Shown: positions 23,182 through 34,579 of the stretch, piece by piece
Layout of the letters: each line of letters begins with the position of its first letter
How positions within the stretch are numbered: position 1 is the first letter of the stretch
Source: Amphiscolops sp. MND2022
Taxonomy: Eukaryota
DNA length: 64,000 nt
Assembly (NCBI GenBank): GCA_964187785.1
Contig: OZ076412.1
Span: 11,098,001-11,162,000 of the forward strand
Reading direction: 5' to 3'
Program-made: the position numbers and the translations under genes
The notes under the pieces: generated by a model
Told to the model about the DNA's origin: nothing
The model's input: only the letters and a program-made list of their open reading frames with translations
Database searches by the model: none

Positions 23182-26100
23182 GTTTTTTTTGCCTCACACT
23201 CGCCTTCTCCCGAAATTCAACCTTCAACTGATGTGCTAGAAAACTACTGGACCATCGAAAAAGCCGGTTGTGAACCCGCTATCGACAAAAAGGTATCGCT
23301 TGAAGACAAAGAAGCCCTCCGCATCTTGAATGAAACTTGTCGTCACAATGGAGAACGCTATGAAATTGGCCTCCCTTGGAAATCTTCCGCAACGCTTCCA
23401 AATAACTACTTTGCCGCCGTCAGTCAAGCCCGTAGTCTTGAAAAACGTTTAAAAGACAAACCGATAACCTTACAGAAATACAAGGAAACGCTCACCAAAG
23501 ATCTCGCCTTGAATTACGTCGAACCTGTCACCAAACAACATCCCCCTCCTGATAAAATTTGGTACCTGCCAACACACCCTGTTGAAAATCCAAACAAGCC
23601 AGGAAAAATCCGTCGCGTCGCGAATGCAGCCTCAAAGTTCAAAGGCTGTTCTCTCAACACTTGTCTTCTGACCGGACCTGATCTTTTGGCCGACTTGCTT
23701 GAACTGATTCTCCGTTTTCGCGAACACGCCATCGGTGTCCTTGCTGATATCGAAAGCATGTTCATGCAAATAGCAATCCGTAAAAAAGACCAGTCAGCCT
23801 TACGCTTTGTATGGTTGGAAGACAATTTAATTCGCCAGTACCAATACATCCGATTAATTTTCGGTGCTAATTGTTCGCCGTGTTGCGCAATCTTTGTACT
23901 CCGAAAATGCGCCGCCGACCATTCGACTCAGTTCCCGGAAGTTGATCAAGCCGTCCGAAAAAACTTCTACATGGATGACTTCATTAAGTCTTTTCCAAAT
24001 GCGTCCGATGCTCGTCGTCTTACCGAAGACTTACGCAACGTCCTAATGCGAGGCGGGTTCCGTCTCACGAAATTCCTATCTAACAACGCCGCCGCCATTA
24101 ATCATCTTCCAGAATCCGAGAAAGAAACGCCCGTTCAAACGACCAGAGTTCTTGGTCAGACTTGGTGTCTGACTGATGACACATACACCGCCCCTCCGCC
24201 AAAGCCCGTACCCACGCCGACAACTCTACGCCAGCTGTTCAGTCTTGTCTCGTCTGTTTTCGATCCCATCGGTTTACTAGCGCCCTTCGTCGTTCAATTT
24301 AAAATTCTTCTCCAGTCCCTTTGGAAACGTGGACAGAAATGGGATCAAATGATTCCGAATGACCTTCACACGATCGTAGTTAAACTCGTCAACGAATATC
24401 GGAACCTGCCTCATATTTCCGTCCCGCGTCAACTTTGCCAGCCCTGTACTCCCGTCCAGTTACACGTTTTCACAGATGCCTCGATTTCAGCATTCGCCGC
24501 CGTCATTTACGCCCGTCCGTCGCATCCCGCTTCGAAATCCGCTACAATTACTTTCGTACTCGGAAAAAGTCGCGTCGCCCCTCTCAAACAACTGAGCGTC
24601 CCGAAACTTGAACTTGAAGCCGCTCTACTGGGAGTTCGTCTACTCCAAGTCGTTCGCAGAGCTTTCGATCGAAACTTTCCTTGTGTTACTTTCTGGACAG
24701 ATAGTTGTGTTGTGCTCGACTGGATCCAAAACCAGAAAAAACTCAAAAGTTTCGTTGCTCACCGAGTCAACGAAATTTCCCGCTCTTCTGCCCCTTCGGA
24801 TTGGAGGTATGTTCCATCCAATCTAAATCCAGCCGATCACGGCACAAGAGGTCTGAAATCAACAGACATCACCGTGAAATGGACAAAAGGTTCAAAATTT
24901 TTGACAGAAAACGCTCAAAACTGGCCAACGAGGCCAAACAGCTCGTCCTCCGACAACGTTTGCGCATTCGCGAGTGCTAAGTATCCGCCCGTCCTGCTTG
25001 ACGTTTGCCGATTTTCGTCATGGCTCCGCTTGTTTAAAACGGCCGCACAAGTCATACGTTTCGTTCGCCGCCTACGCTCTCGAAACTCTGATACAGGTCT
25101 AATTACCGCCGATTTCCAACTTGCCCGTCTTCTGCTCATCCGGCAGTCACAAGCTGAGTCGTTTTCGTCAACCGTTGCCCACCTGAATTGCAACCTTCGT
25201 CCATCTCCGCAAGATAAACTTTTGCCGTACAATCCAGTCCTCGATGATCAAGGAATCCTTCGTTCTGCCGGCCGCTTGAAATACGCACCACTCCCGGAAT
25301 CAACACGACTTCCCATCATTCTAGACGCTAAGAATCCCCTCGTGAAATTTCTTGTTGAGCATTCCCATGCCGTTTGCCAGCACGCCGGTCCGGAATACGT
25401 GAAAGCTTTCCTGCAACAACGTTATCTGATTATTGGAGTTCGTTGCGCGCTTCGAAGCGTAAGTCACAGATGTTTCGCTTGCCGCCGTTTTCGCGCCGAA
25501 AACATTCAACCTTTCATGGCTCCGCTACCTCCTTTCCGCTATCCGTCACCAGATGCGCCTTTCCCTTTCGCTCAAACAGGTATCGACTTGTTTGGACCCT
25601 TTTTTATAGTCAATGGAAAAAAGCTCGAAAAGCACTACGCCATCATCTTCAACTGCCTGGTTACTCGCGCTTGTCATCTTGAGTCATGTCCTTTCATGAC
25701 TAGTGACAGCTTCCTCAACGCTTTCCGACGATTCGTTGCCAGGCGCGGACAACCGCAACTTCTAAGATCTGACAATGGTAGCAATTTCGTTGGTGCTCGA
25801 CGTGAATTGCAACAATCCCTCAACGACAGCATAAAAAACGTCCGTGAGAATTTTCCCGAGTCCATTGAAATGCGATGGGACTTGAACCCACCTTTTGCCC
25901 CACACTTCGGTGGTGTTTGGGAAAGAATGATACAAACAGCTAAAAGAACCCTCCTGATCATTCTTGGCTCGAAGAAACTGACACTCGATTTTTTCCAGAC
26001 AATTTTAACTGAAACCGAACTGATGCTGAACTCTCGACCACTTACTCATGTAGCAGACCAACCCGATAACGAAGAACCCCTCACACCCAATCATTTTTTA

Positions 26101-26460
26101 CTTCACAGACCGTACGCAAACTTGCCACCAGGAATTTTCAACGATACGGAGGAACCCCTGTCCTTCAAGTCATGGAAAGACGTTCAGAAAGTAATGAACC
26201 ATTTTTGGGACAGATTCCTCAAGGAGTATCTGCCGACTCTTCATCATCGCTCTAAATGGAATCAAGACCAACATCCTCTCCAAGTCGGGGATATTGTGTG
26301 GGTCCTCAAAGATTTGACCCCCCGTGGAATCTGGCCTCTGGGAAGAATAGTTTCTCTGCACCCTGGCCCTGATGGAATAACCCGTGTCTGTTCAGTAAGA
26401 ACAGCTTACGGAACATTCGAACGACCCGCCGTTTCTCTTTCTCGCGTTTTCGCCCCGTGA
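23182..26460 (+). CDS. pol: BEL/Pao pol: reverse transcriptase, RNase H, integrase (N-truncated, no upstream ATG)
   Basis: Motifs in order: YEIGLPWK, WYLPTHPV, SLNTCLLTGPDL, ADIESMFMQI, FGANCSP, YMDD (23968-23979), HVFTDAS, KSRVAP, NPADHGTRG, HH-CC zinc site, GIDLFGP, SDNGSNF, GGVWERMI. The frame is open from 23182. Confidence 0.95.
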   Translation, partial: VFFASHSPSPEIQPSTDVLENYWTIEKAGCEPAIDKKVSLEDKEALRILNETCRHNGERYEIGLPWKSSATLPNNYFAAVSQARSLEKRLKDKPITLQKYKETLTKDLALNYVEPVTKQHPPPDKIWYLPTHPVENPNKPGKIRRVANAASKFKGCSLNTCLLTGPDLLADLLELILRFREHAIGVLADIESMFMQIAIRKKDQSALRFVWLEDNLIRQYQYIRLIFGANCSPCCAIFVLRKCAADHSTQFPEVDQAVRKNFYMDDFIKSFPNASDARRLTEDLRNVLMRGGFRLTKFLSNNAAAINHLPESEKETPVQTTRVLGQTWCLTDDTYTAPPPKPVPTPTTLRQLFSLVSSVFDPIGLLAPFVVQFKILLQSLWKRGQKWDQMIPNDLHTIVVKLVNEYRNLPHISVPRQLCQPCTPVQLHVFTDASISAFAAVIYARPSHPASKSATITFVLGKSRVAPLKQLSVPKLELEAALLGVRLLQVVRRAFDRNFPCVTFWTDSCVVLDWIQNQKKLKSFVAHRVNEISRSSAPSDWRYVPSNLNPADHGTRGLKSTDITVKWTKGSKFLTENAQNWPTRPNSSSSDNVCAFASAKYPPVLLDVCRFSSWLRLFKTAAQVIRFVRRLRSRNSDTGLITADFQLARLLLIRQSQAESFSSTVAHLNCNLRPSPQDKLLPYNPVLDDQGILRSAGRLKYAPLPESTRLPIILDAKNPLVKFLVEHSHAVCQHAGPEYVKAFLQQRYLIIGVRCALRSVSHRCFACRRFRAENIQPFMAPLPPFRYPSPDAPFPFAQTGIDLFGPFFIVNGKKLEKHYAIIFNCLVTRACHLESCPFMTSDSFLNAFRRFVARRGQPQLLRSDNGSNFVGARRELQQSLNDSIKNVRENFPESIEMRWDLNPPFAPHFGGVWERMIQTAKRTLLIILGSKKLTLDFFQTILTETELMLNSRPLTHVADQPDNEEPLTPNHFLLHRPYANLPPGIFNDTEEPLSFKSWKDVQKVMNHFWDRFLKEYLPTLHHRSKWNQDQHPLQVGDIVWVLKDLTPRGIWPLGRIVSLHPGPDGITRVCSVRTAYGTFERPAVSLSRVFAP

Positions 26461-26527
26461 CGGCTCGCTGCGCAATTTCAAATTTGCCTCTCCTCCTCTC
26501 TTCTTTGCAGCTCGGGGGGGTGAAGCA

Positions 26528-26683
26528 TGTCACTGACGTGATTCATCAGCAACTGAAATACTTTAAAACTGTCAATGTTTTCATGATTGTTCATGCTTCG
26601 AGCTGGATAGTAGTACATTGAACTGAATTGTAGTACGTTGACATAGAACTTTCAATTGAAGTAAAAGAAGTCAATCTTTTACA
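26528..26683 (+). repeat. 3' LTR (156 bp)
   Basis: TGTCACTGAC...AATCTTTTACA, followed by TSD AGCAT. Confidence 0.95.
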
Positions 26684-26753
26684 AGCATAGTACCTTCTGT
26701 GATCGATTTGAAGATATGCTATGATATATTCATGATGACAAGTTGAAATGCAG

Positions 26754-27197
26754 TTTTTAGTCGGCGCTTCATGAAGTGAAATGCGACTATACTATCGACT
26801 TTTTTTCAATCCAGACGAACTGACCAAAATAGTTCTACAAGTTCTACGGAATTTTAAGGAGTCAGATTGGACCATTTGACACAAGAAACTGAAATATAAA
26901 AGTTGATCCTTTTTTTCAGCGTAACATACAATACCGGGCGAGACTAAATGGTCCCCATTTCATTCTTTCGGCATTGTGAGACTTTTTTCGGAAAATTTTT
27001 AGTTTCTCCAAAAGTTCCCTCTCAATTTTTTTGATATTTTGCAAAAAAATGTATTACAAAAATTATTGCAAAAATTACAACTTAATGGATGTTTAAAAAT
27101 CTGAAAGGGTCCCTCCCCCCGTTCAGCGCGCCAGTTCGGTCCAACTTTTGCGTTTTTCGGGTAATGTAGAAGAGAATACTTGACACTTTGAAGTCCT
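26754..27197 (-). mobile_element. HINE-like element, 5'-truncated
   Basis: Begins TTTTTAGTCGGCGCTTCATGAAGTGAAATGCGACTA and carries the family internal repeats. Confidence 0.7.
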
Positions 27198-27239
27198 TGT
27201 GCTCCTTTGTTCCGGCTTGTTGAATGACCACGAAGTGGA

Positions 27240-28980
27240 ATGCGGGTCAAAACAGCCGATTTCGGAACGGGGTAAAATAGCCGAATTTCAAAACGAGACA
27301 GTAGTGGATTTCTGAAACAGGACAAAATAGCCGATTTTGAATATAGAAAATAGAACATGTAAAATGTATTTTTTATTTATTTATTAGTCAGCGTTTTCGA
27401 AAAAAAGCACAGCACGACTTTCATAGTGGCTAGTTTTTTTCGTCAATTCAACGCGATCGTTCCACTTTTTGTTCATTTGTTCAACTTCTTAGCCGAGTGG
27501 TTAACCTGGATTTCAGTTCGGATATAACGTTTTCAAAGTTCGGATGTAACGTTTTCAAAGTTCGGATATGACGTTTTTAAAGTTCGGATATAATTACAAT
27601 ACCGGGCAAGACTTTCGGCATTGTGAGCCTTTGTTTTCAAAAAAATCCAAAGGGTCTCCCCTTCACTTTTAGGAGTCGGAAAAAATTTTCGACTAATGCA
27701 TTCGTGTAGTTTTTTTTCTCCCGACCTTTCAATGAAAATTTCAAATATCTCAAACTGTCCAGACAGTTTTCATAAAATTTTGCATAGTAATTTTACACCC
27801 ACAGGGGTCCTGCGTGCGCAAAGGCATCAAAATCGTATAACTGTGATGTGAGAAGCATAGCCAAAATTAGCACAAAAAAACAAGCCATTTTTCGATTTTT
27901 TTCAATTTTCTCAAAACTCTCCATACGATTAGAACAAATCTTTCTTCAGTCGTTCCACCATATTAGAGTCCTATATATGCAATGGCATCAAAATTGTATG
28001 TCTGGGATGTGAGAAACAGCCAAAATTAACCCAAAAATGCCAAAAAACAGCCATTTTCCGATTTAAGATTTTGCGAAAAACTCCATACGATTCGAAGAAA
28101 TTTTCTACAGTCATTCTTCACCATATTAGAGTACTGTTTGTGCAATAGCATCGAAGTCGTATGGATGGGATGTGAGAAACATAGACAAAATTAACCCAAA
28201 AATGGCCAAAAAATAGCCATTTTTTGACTTTTTGATTTTCTCAAAAACTCTCCATTGGATTTGAACGAAATTTCTACAGTCATTCTACACCATAACACCT
28301 AGATTCGAGCGAGTCTGAAGGAAAAAGACTTAAACTGACTCTTTACCGCATGTGCTTTTTTATATATGGTTTTTATATTTTGTGACAAAATTTTCGGCAT
28401 TCTGAAACTTTTTTTGGTAAATTTTTATAGTCTTCAAAGGGTTTTTTTATATTTTGCGACAAATGTTGAAAAATTCGAGAGGGTTACCCCTTTTAGCACG
28501 GGCCCCGGCGCGCCAATTTGGTCCAACTTTTGGGTTTTTTGGGTATTGTAAAAGAGAATACTTGACAGTTTGAAGTCCTTTTGCTATTTTTGAGCCTTAG
28601 ATATGTCGCCGACTTGGGCCGTTCCCGGCTTGTTTATGATTCAACAGATAGACATTGTTGAACAGATTGGTAAGTTCTGAAATGGAATCATCTAATTACA
28701 CTTGAGACAAATAAAATCAAATAGTATCCGGAGTTAAATATCCGATTTTGCGAAATACTCAAGGCATTTTCGTTCAACACATTGCTGTTTTAGTTACGTA
28801 TTTAGTATTCTTTCGGTGCCAATTATCTCTGATTATTGCGCTTATAACTTGACCTGTGAAGAAATAATCGGCTATTTTGTTCCCATTTCAAAAATTATTT
28901 TGTCCCGTTTTGATAATCGGCTATTTTGTCCTGTTTTGATAATCGGTCATTTTGTTCCATTTTCAAAATCGGCTATGAAG
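27240..28980. mobile_element. Foldback/MITE-like element with arms of ~21-bp subrepeats, enclosing a HINE
   Basis: AAACRGGACAAAATAGCCGATT-type units at 27245-27340 and the same units inverted at 28860-28980. Exact ends and TSD not resolved. Confidence 0.45.
27384..28634 (-). mobile_element. Long HINE-like element with internal minisatellites
   Basis: Starts TTAGTCAGCG...CACGACT and ends GATATGTCGCCGACTTGGGCCGTTCCCGGCTTGTT. Contains a 22-bp x ~4 array (27515-27593) and a ~162-bp x 3 array (~27810-28290). Confidence 0.6.
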
Positions 28981-29099
28981 TGCCGGTCTTCATGAACTGA
29001 AGTGAACCTTGATATCATCAAGTTGATGCAGTTGTCCCATCTTCGCCCTTGATTCGAGAGTTGTTTTGATAACGTTATCCCTCAAATGCACGGCGAAAT

Positions 29100-29530
29100 C
29101 AAAATCGAAGTATTTATCCTTAGAGAAAAGTGTTCGACTACTGCAGTGGCTAGGTTTTTTTTTAAAAAAAATCAGACCACAGAGCTCATTGTATGTAGTT
29201 TTTGGTACAGAGGTTAACCGGTTTAAGGGAAACCAAACGGTCGCGGGTTCGAGTCCCTGCGTCAGCCAGAAACTTTTCCGTGCATTTGCAAATGTCGCCA
29301 AAGGGTCCCCCTTCATTTTGATATTTTGTCACTAACTGGATTTTCGAAAAGCCCAAAGGGTTCTCCCTTTTATAATGATGTTAGCTGGCACCCGGCGCGC
29401 CAGTTCGATTGTTTGTTTTTTGGAAAGTGTTTCGAACTTTTTTTGTGAGTTCATGAAAAACGTCCTGAGCATATTTTTAAAAGTTTGCGCTTTTTGAGCC
29501 TTAGGTGTAGCGTTCCTGTCTTGTTTGTTT
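29100..29530 (-). mobile_element. Divergent HINE-like element with an internal tRNA-derived segment (29195-29270, + strand, Pro-like)
   Basis: Family-type end ...GTGTTCGACTACTGCAGTGGC, then TTGGTACAGAGG...GGTT-TAAGGGA-AACC...GGTCGCGGGTTCGAGTCCC, then family repeats AAAGGGTCCCCCTTC and TTTTTGAGCCTTAG. Confidence 0.5.
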
Positions 29531-32351
29531 ACTAATTTTGTCATGATCTAGTTTTATATTCAGAAGACTGACCTCTTTACATGAAATTCAACGACCAAAA
29601 ATAGGTTCTTCTGGAAAAAAGTGACTAAAAATTCAAGTGTGCAAAATTCACTTCAATTTTTGAACTTTTTGTGCAAGTTTTGAACAATTCATATTAGCTT
29701 ATACTAAATATATATTACTGAAATAATTCAGGGCGTGAAACATTCCGTTTGTAAGCGAGCGCCTTGTTTTTGTTTTGTCACAGTTTTTGCAAAAGATGAT
29801 CAGAATGATGATATCTGTGTGAAATTCATACGGGAAGAGGCAAAGGCCTGAGAGATTATTTTGATTGTAACAGACATTGTCAAGTGCCTCAAAATTCATG
29901 CCAAACAAAGCTTATTAAGACGTTACACAGCTCGCGGGGATTCTTGTGTTTCAATAGTGGACACTTGTGTGTTTGTTTAGCCACGGTTTTGCTGGGAAGA
30001 ATTGTAGTGGAAACAATAGACTTTCTCTGTGGGTTCTCTTTGCCGCCGATCAATCGATTTTTTGAAGGCAATATAACAACTCCGTCTTGTTTTTTTTCCT
30101 CTTTGAAAGATAACCCACATTGAATGGAAGCCACAGGAAGTATAGCAGCACAGGTAACGGGTGTGTTTACATTGTGGTTGCATAGGGGATTTAATTATAA
30201 TCGACTCTCTCGCTCTGAGAGATGTCATTTTTTCTATGGAGTGTATGCGTAGTTGGGGTCGCGCTTTTGTACCAAACCGGATGAATTAGACCCAATCAAC
30301 TGAAAGTTGAAGCGGAACAGTCTTGAGTGACCGACCATCGCGTTTTTCATGTCACAGGTGATGTTACCTCAGCCTGTACAGTCAAAAGGGCCCATTTTAC
30401 ACAGTCATAAGCGCCCCAACACAAAGCATCTCGCTAGCTTTTGAGCTGATTTCATCGGCTCTAATTAAATCTAATTGAAGGTGTTCGAACAAAATAAAAG
30501 TTCACTGGTAATGCTATGTTTAACATCTTCACACCTAACAAATTTCGATTAAATCGAAATAAGTTGTTAATTTTGGCATTTATGTCTTCAAAATATTAGT
30601 TTCCTAAATAATTAGTCAATACAGGGTTTTAGAATGAAAAACTCAATCATTTAATTGGAGTGAGGAACTCAAAGTTGGTGGCGGAAAAGAGTCAGCCAAT
30701 CCCTTGATTGGGGCGCTTTTGTCTGGTAACCTACCTCAGCTCCGTAATCAGCGGGGTAACTGTTAAACGTGCAAAGTGTCACAATCATTCAAAATATAAT
30801 GCAAGAAGGTAGCCAGTTTTGCCAAAAAGTCATTGAGATATTTTTCAATAGAACTCAAGTATTTCAGCAAGATTATGGATTTGAATTGATTTTGCCGCAT
30901 AAAGCTTTCCGGTGCACAGACGGAATCGTTCGATGAATTAATGGGATTAACACCTCGTAGCTTCAAAACATTACCACATAGTTCGCTGGTCTCTTCAGTT
31001 TGCTGAAGAATTGTTCACCGTAAAATTGTTTCTTGTCTAAACATGAATAGGTCATCAGGAATTGCTGTTGCTTCAAAAGTCATCGGGACAATTCTAAGGT
31101 TTTTCAAACATGCTTTCGGATTAGGATGTATCAGTGCTTAATCTCTTTGATATTGCTTACTTCAAAGCAACTCTATTGTGCCACAGTTCTTTTGAAAAAC
31201 TTGAATATATGTACTTGATTCTTTCAAAAATTCGTTTAATCTGATAATTTTTCCCCAAATCTCGCAACCTTTTCAAGCTAAAATTGCGGCAGGTTTTAAA
31301 AGGGAAGGAATTATATACCATTCGGACATGTATCTCTTCTCTGCTGTTGTAAAATTCTTCCATCACGCTGAGAAGCAGTGTGAAAATATCTGATTTTTCG
31401 TACTTTGCTATCAGTAAGTGTATGAACTTTGAGTAGAGAATTTCCATATGTAAATTATGTGCACGTGGTATAATTCTTCCCAAGAATTAAACTTAATGCT
31501 CTATTTATTTGCAAGTATAAATGACAAGAGTAATATATTACTATATAACAACGGCAGTTGGATTTTTACACTACCTTTATCTTTTTCCCCTCTCACGGGG
31601 CCTCGGGAACGCGGTGCTCCGGTTTTCAAGTGTGTCAGAAAGGTGGAGCTCCCGGTCATAAAAGGCCCCCGGTGGCTTTAGGGGAATGCATGTCTTTTCC
31701 CTGCCTCCTTAATTCCCTCCATTTCATCTCAACTTTTTTCTTTCCTTCATTTTGACACGCCCTTTTCGGTACTTCCCAAAATGGAGATTATGACAACTGG
31801 AAGAGCATTCATGCTCACTCATTAGTTGATTTGGGCCCTAGAACCTATCCGGCATTTCGCTTTAATGACGTCATTCGCAAGCTGATGTGATTGCAAGTTC
31901 CCTCAACTGAGTGGTTATGACGTTTGGCAGTTTTGAATTCAATTAAAGACCTTAACGTGATTGATTGCTGAGAGAAAAATGCAGTCTTTGTTTTATGAAA
32001 AGGTTTTGTTTTTCAACGGCTTTTAAGGAATTAGCCAAAATTGCCTGACCTTTATTTTGCATTTTGGCGCAGCTTTGTCTCATGTTCTCAACGTCATGGT
32101 TAAAATCTCGGCTCTTTTCTGTCCCCCCCCCAACACCAATATTTTTTTGGAAAATTAATGAAAATCTTATATTAAAAAGACTTGAATACAAACTAGAAAG
32201 CTTCAGTTTTAAGTTTATTCTCAGGGTCATAGTTTAGGATTCAAATACGAACTTTGTTCACTCTTTTTCCGTATGCAGTCACGCTTTTTTGATGAAAAAA
32301 TCAACAGCTTCCTGTTTTGAGTCATCAAGAAACACTTAATACGAACATAAT

Positions 32352-34579
32352 CAGGGTGGGGAAAAAACTGTTTTTTTTTCGATAAAAAACAAACAAACAA
32401 ACATGTTTTTTTCAAAAAATACAGTGTTTTTTATGTTTTTTATGTTATTTTTTTCTCATTTCTACAATGAATCTCGTAAAAAACAACGCGTAAATGCAAA
32501 AATTTAATTGCATAGGAAGGCAGTTAATCAACATCAATCCTTATTGTTCAACTGTCTGTAGAGAAAGGCCAGTTTTCCTGCCTTCTCAACTCCCAAATGG
32601 GATCTCAACTTTCCATAGTTCATGCCCAATGTTGAAAATTGCCGCTCCAGTCCTCCTGATGACGATACTGATGATACAATGGAAATCGCGCAAGAAATCA
32701 AGTTTGGATCAAAGCCAAGTTTTCCACCGGATTTCCACCATGTTGATGATGATACATCGGCAAACGATCCCTCGAAAAGCTTTTCATTATAAGGCGTATG
32801 TCGAGCCATGAATTTTGTAACATCAGCCAAGCAAGTATCATCAACAGATGCGATATACGCCAAAGCTTCTTGAACTTCAATTGGAGACATATTTGACCCA
32901 CAATAGCGATGATCCAGCAAATTCGCAGCCAGCATGACGGGTGTTACTGCCATTTTCCGACGTTTCTCCAGAATTTCCACATATTCCTCTGGTGTGTTAA
33001 GCCCTATAGATTGCCAAATTTCATAAGCCTCTCCCAAGCAACAGTCATTTCTTTGCAACTTGTCGAGAGAAGCACCGATTGGTTTTAAAAAATCTATCGC
33101 ATCGTTTGCTGAACGTTTCAGTTGTATTTCTTCCATATAGCGGTAAATTGCGTCGTGTCTGCGGAGTCCAGAACTGTTGATGATCTCTGCGATAGTAGAC
33201 CAATGGACAACGAAGTATTCAAAACTCTCGATAGCAGAGTTCCAGCGAGTATCACATGGCAAACTCGGTCGTGGCATGTTATGTTTCTTCAATTCGGCCG
33301 AAGCCGCATGGGTGTTACGCAAGTATATAAGTACAGAAACCACTTTGCTGCTACATGACTTGAACTCGGGTAGGTTTATGATATCCTTCACCAACAAATT
33401 AACAATATGGGCTTGGCAACCGTACACGCTGAGTTTCGGGCATTCGCGTTTCACTTCGGTTCGCATGGCGTTCATATTTGCCGCATTGTCTGTAACTAGG
33501 CCTATTACAGACACCTCAAAGTCTGCCTCGATTTGACGTTTGAATTTGAGAGCAATTTCCGTGGTGTATGCAGTATCGTGGTTTTCACCAGTAGTGTCCA
33601 CCGTTTCCAATAAATAACATTTTCCAGCTGCATAAAAACAGACGCCGATAACAGGATCGTTCATTATTGTCGACCAGCCATCAATAGCCATTGTGACAGG
33701 GAGCCCTTTAACGTGACTCTTGACTTTTTTTAATTCGTCTTCGTATATTTCATCCAGAAGAGGACCGGCCAATTTTTTACGATCGGGCACGATCGCTCCA
33801 GGCTTTAGCATGCCGACCAGTTTTTGAAATTGAGTATTTTCTACCGAATGAAACGAGCAGTTGAGCGCCACAATAGTCCTAAACATAAATATACTGTATC
33901 AGATGGTTTAAATGCTTGGTATGGGTGTAAAAAATTATTATCACCAATTTTTGCCACGGTAATGAATCATAAGCCTATTAAATACTAACCTTGTTATTTG
34001 GATGTCAAGTTGGTGCTGCTGAGTCGGTCTTGTACCAATGAATGGCAATACATCTTGTTTCTTTCTCTTGCTGGTGCTGGGTCCTGGTTCGTCTATGATC
34101 TCTATCATCCGCCGGAGGCAACGCCTTACACTTCGAAACATGGTTTTTCATGCGCTCTACAAGTGGCACCAAATCCTCTTTGCAATTGTTACATAAAGCA
34201 CGAGTCTTCCCATCCTTCTCAATTTTCTTGAAGAATGCCCAGATTGAGTCTGTTTTACGCCCCATACTCAATTAATCTGAAATATTTTAGGACGACTGTT
34301 TGGAAATATGAACAAAAGACCAAACATGATTACATGATAATAGCATTACATAATAGGAAACCACATAAAAGGATGAAGTAACAACAGCTTAAAAACACTT
34401 AAATTGCTATTGCAGGAAGAATCAAGCAAAATTTTGAATAGCAAATTAAATACAAATATAAATAGTGACAAAAATTCCAATAAAAAACATTTTTGCTGTT
34501 TTTTATGTTTTTTTCGCATGTTTTAAAACAGTTTTTTATGCCAGTGTTTTAAAACATGTTTTAAAACATTCCCACCCTG
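32352..34579 (-). mobile_element. hAT DNA transposon, near full length
   Basis: TIR CAGGGTGGG(G/A)A; perfect 8-bp TSD AACATAAT (32344-32351, 34580-34587); encodes a transposase. Confidence 0.95.
32534..34265 (-). CDS. hAT transposase: join(34265..33990, 33878..32534) on the minus strand, with one frameshift near 34105
   Basis: BED finger (IWAFF...CNNC...NH...C), intron GTTAGT...TTTAG at 33989-33879 restoring LDIQITR/TIVALNCSF, catalytic-type motifs IDGWS, TDNAANM, CQAHIVNLL, CDTRWNS and ERQFS, and the C-terminal dimerisation region. Confidence 0.9.

Larger units (their letters stand above)
23028..26683 (+). mobile_element. BEL/Pao LTR retrotransposon, internally deleted (no PBS, gag or protease)
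   Basis: TGT...ACA termini; 5-bp TSD AGCAT (23023-23027, 26684-26688); polypurine tract GGGGGGG before the 3' LTR; BEL-type RT-RH-INT ORF; 3656 bp total. Confidence 0.95.

Noticed and set aside
23236-26533. Numerous short antisense and alternate-frame ORFs within the BEL element
   Set aside because: Shadows of the GC-rich pol frame.
27515-27593. 22-bp repeats as a CRISPR array
   Set aside because: The units are contiguous with no unique spacers, lie inside a eukaryotic repeat, and no cas genes are present.
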